Positions 60,024-64,000 of a stretch of DNA of 64,000 nt are shown piece by piece. Made by a program: the position numbers and the translations under genes. How positions within the stretch are numbered: position 1 is the stretch's first letter; the number at the start of each line of letters is the position of its first letter. The notes below the pieces were generated by a model. The model ran no database searches, was not told the origin of the DNA, and saw nothing but the letters and a program-made list of their open reading frames with translations. The DNA is from Hydrolagus affinis (lineage: Eukaryota): contig JAAILG010001274.1 of NCBI GenBank assembly GCA_012026655.1, positions 1 through 64,000 on the forward strand. Direction: 5' to 3'.

Positions 60024-61618
60024 TAATACAATGTATATGTATAACTTGCACACCAATAGATTTTTTGTATTTAACCTTTACAGAAGTGAATGGTGGCTTT
60101 TGTAAATTGGAATGAAGGTAGAATACTCATCCTCGCATTCTCTAAAATCAGGATCTCAAATATTGCTTTTTAAAATATTTTCAGGCATAGTCTCGCAATC
60201 CTCTGGGGAGGGGGTTAAACGTACCAGATAGTATTTTGGTCAAACACATGTCCCTTCCCTGACTTACACACTAGAAATTAATTTCAGAGAAATGAATCTT
60301 GATGAAAACGGGCTTATACCGTTGTCGCGCGCCGCCAATGTCAAGCCTGACTGTAGCTCAGAGATTAGTCAGAACAGCTTTGCAAGTGCAGGTGGATGAA
60401 CTGCTGATGACAGGTTTCAATGAATGTTAAAATGTTTGGGATTATCTCTTGCTCGAGTTAATTGTTTGTGATGAATAGCCACAATTCGCCAGCTATAAAT
60501 TCTTGTATCGCTCTCTTGCATGCAGTGGTTGCGACTGAGCAGGATAGCAGCTCTTGAAAAAAGCTTCCGAGATGCCGGCATTACTCAAATGTGAAATGCA
60601 TTTACACACCCGCTTCACAGTAATTTGGGGGTGTAATTCATGAGAAGCAATCACACATCGTAGCTACAAGAGGACAAATGTTCCTACGCGCACCAACAAG
60701 TCACGTAAATGTTTTCAGAACAAGGTCGTGTTGAGACCATAATGGTGGTTAATGACCACTCAGCAATTACAAAAAAAAACACACAAACTGATCACAGATT
60801 TGGTTGTTGTTTTTATTCTTTTGCAATTGAGCGCACAGACAATCAAACAGAGGCAATTAGAGTGTTGAGGCAATGGGCAATGGACACTCTGTGAAATACT
60901 GTACCTACATGAGAAGTGATTTCACCATAAACATTATGACATGATCAAAGCGAATAGTTAATCCAGTTCATTCACAGAGAGAGAAAAGAATACTTTTAAT
61001 CGTGGAGCTTGCTGAGAGGATAATTCAAAATCAATATACTGTTTGATCATAATCTTTCATTTTCATGCATCAATCCGCGTTGAGATTAAATAGTTACCAA
61101 TTCAAAGGCTGGTCCATTTTCCTTCTTCCTAATTACATCCAATTATTTTGTTATCCTTCCGTAATTTGATGACAAGAGTTTTTGAAGGTGCTGTGACTTT
61201 CCATTGATGCACCAAACCCTTCTCAGACATTTGCAATTTGGATCCTATTAACATCAGCAGCAGAAAAAAAACCTCTGAATTTAATTGGCTTGAAATTGGA
61301 ATCAAATTGTAATTATAGAATGGAAGTAGAGCAATCCATGTCCTCAGTATTTTTTTATATCAAAACAAATTTAACCCAGTTGATTAGACAGAGTTTAGCA
61401 ATGCATCAAACACGTCAGTGGACACTGGGGAACTGTCAACCAAAGAGTGGAAGTGATTAAATACAAGGATATCATGAAAAATTCATACCTTTGTTGCTAT
61501 TGATTTGAATATGCTGAGTCGCACTCCAGCGTTTAACTCTCCAAGCCCAGTATTTACAGTTTGCTCCCTGGGAGTTTTTGATGGGTGCCATACTTTGATT
61601 TGTGATTAGTCATCTCGA

Positions 61619-61708
61619 TTTACAGTATATTCTGTGAAGCGCTTTCAGACGTCTAGAAGACATGAAAACGCTGTATCAAATGCAAGGATTATTATTATTA
61701 TCATTATT
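61619..61708 (+). mobile_element. SINE tail
   Basis: TTTACAGTATATTCTGTGAAGCGCTTTCAGACGTCTAGAAGAC...(ATT)n. Confidence 0.87.
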
Positions 61709-63185
61709 GCTTTCAAAAGCCTTGAGGCTCGCACTAAAAGGGGGATGTGTGGGTATGAGTAAATCAACATGCTTTGAAGCTTTGTTAGGTAACAGTACCT
61801 TCAGATGAGAGTAAATAGATCATCCCATCAGGGAATGGTTTGCACTGTTGCTTTTATCTGGCTTCCGCAGACGATATGTGACTGTTCGTGAGCAAAGATA
61901 AAAGTGGGTATCTGATACTTAGTCAGGTAGCTTTCCTTTTCTGCAGTTTGATATTTCCAATCGATAAAAAGTAGGGGGGAGGAGGTGGTGGGGGAGTATG
62001 GTTCATATTAATTTGGAGCAAATTCAGATTGCGGGTTCAGATCGAGTAAATCTGTGAATTACAACTCTCCTGAAGATGCACATCACATAATGAAATTGTA
62101 GCAGCCTCTTTGACACTGCTGTGAGTTTTGTGAGTAGAATTAATGTGTGTTTGGCTTCCAATTATGGTGGATCGCTTAAAACCTCTCTATGGGAATGTAG
62201 TACAGTACTTTTTTTTTGTGTTTGCATAATAGTTTATTTCAATTCACCTCATTTGAATTGTGAAGTCTGATTTGCTGAAAGGTTTAAAGACAGTTCACCA
62301 TGACTGAGCAAACGACGATATGAACTCCAATTGCATTGAATCACTCACTGATCGAGGGAACGTGTACCGGTATTCAATCCATTCATAGGATAATTACAGG
62401 AAGTCTTTAAGGTAAAGAGTGTTGTAAATGTAGTAAAACATTATACTCTATTCTTGGCACCATTAATAGTGCTTTACCCCTAACCTCAGAGGTCATTCTG
62501 ATTCATGTTTTAAAATGGGAATAAAATGAATAAGCCTAGGAAAAAAAAGAGGAAATGTAAAATGTATTAAGGTGAGATTTAATGGTTGGCACACATACAT
62601 CCATACTATCTATACTCATTTAAGGTCAGCTGAGTGATTGATAGACTCAACCTTTGGTTTTGTCCCACAGTTATTCATTCCACTCTGTTTGTTAAGGCAG
62701 AACACATCCACGTCCATTTGTACCTGGAATCCGTGATTCATGCTTTCGTTCACCGCAATATAAAACGAAAGCCAAACTGAGTCACAGACCTGAATATAAC
62801 AGCGGCAATGTTAGCAGGGTCATTTTGGAAGATGAGCGTTGATGAGGGCCCTGTAGCCTGATGGGAGTTGATGGTTCCTCTGTATCCATGGTGAAGAGTG
62901 AGGTTTGGTCCAAAATGAGAACAACGCATAGTCAGAGGAAATAACAACATTGACTGACGTTTTGTGCACTTTTACTGAATCTTGAAGAAAACTTCATTAA
63001 TGTGTTTGGATCACTTATATTCAGATAATTAATAGTTCGGAGGTTAATGAAAAGCACAAGCTGCTGTCCATTAATGTGATTTCCTGCAGTACCTGTGCAG
63101 TATTTGAATGTTAATTTTATTTCCCACTGTATGATGGCTGATTGTTTGAAATGTTTCCATTGGGTGTGACCTCAGCGTTGCATGG

Positions 63186-63250
63186 CCAGCGCCTTGAGAC
63201 GTCCTCCCAACATGAAAGGCGTTATCAAAGGTAATTATGTTGTTATTATT
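63186..63250 (+). mobile_element. L2 tail
   Basis: CAGCGCCTTGAGACGTCCTCCCAACATGAAAGGCGTTATC. Confidence 0.75.
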
Positions 63251-64000
63251 GTGGTTATCGTTGTTGCATGTCATTTGAGCCTCATTAAAAGTTTGTAGTG
63301 AAATTCCGACGGCCATAGATCTCAAACGGTCAGGCAGAATGTGGTGAGTCATTGCGGTTTGGAAGGAAAAAAAATACGCTATCGGTTGGGATTGAGCTAT
63401 TCATTATTTTGATGCCTTTTGGTTTGGGGCAGAGCAGTAACTGGGTAGGCAGAAGAATGTAAATCGTTTCAGCTCTTCACAGTGAGATAAAACATTTTGA
63501 TTTGTGGGTTTACAATATTTTGCAGTGATATATATAAAAGAAATTAAAGATACTGCCTGATGTTGGACTATGGAGAGAGAATGAATAAATAGCATTGACT
63601 CTGCCTACACAAACTGAATTTTAATTTGCTAACAAAAAGAAATTGACTATGAATCCAACACCTACCCGCCACCACGACTTGTATTTCACTCTTTGAAACA
63701 TTTATTTCCTTTTATGAATCTGAAGTGCAATGTGTAGTTTTATTGCACATTAAAATAATAACTTTTTTTTCGCAAACATACTCCTCTGCTCTACATCCTC
63801 TCTTGTTCTGGTGTCACAAACCCAATAGCTGGGATAAGGTCCTCCTGCAGTTTGCCAATGTCCCTAATCTCCAGAGGTGAAGAGATAGGACCTTGGCAAA
63901 GAGATTGCTGGAAACCACCGTTGGTCTTTAACATCATCATCTGCCACCCTATTGCTCCAGGCACAAATTCCACCCTGGTTGAATTCTGACCATTGAGCTT

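Overview
This is non-coding vertebrate genomic DNA, AT-rich and repeat-dense, with one 100-N scaffold gap at 11744-11843. The repeat repertoire suggests a cartilaginous fish, possibly a holocephalan such as the elephant shark; this is inferred from remembered repeat families, not from a database search. I could not recognise any host protein-coding gene, rRNA, true tRNA gene or CRISPR array. The listed ORFs that I could interpret are read-throughs of SINEs, CR1/L2 LINE relics or simple repeats; the rest look like chance frames. The window looks like a large intron or gene desert. It holds roughly 40 copies or fragments of one tRNA-derived SINE family (tRNA-like head, CORE-like segment, Deu-like segment, L2-type 3' stem-loop, (ATT)n tail) in short and long variants. 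It also holds L2 and CR1 3' fragments, Tigger/pogo-type MITEs (TA target-site duplication, TSD), one hAT/Charlie MITE with an 8-bp TSD nested in a SINE, a 53-bp-arm palindrome, older SINE relics (DeuSINE-like, LF-SINE-like) and several repeat-free blocks that may be conserved non-coding elements. Two weak candidate exons are flagged. I found no evidence for a new multi-gene system; the most interesting signals concern transposon structure, nesting and possible exaptation.
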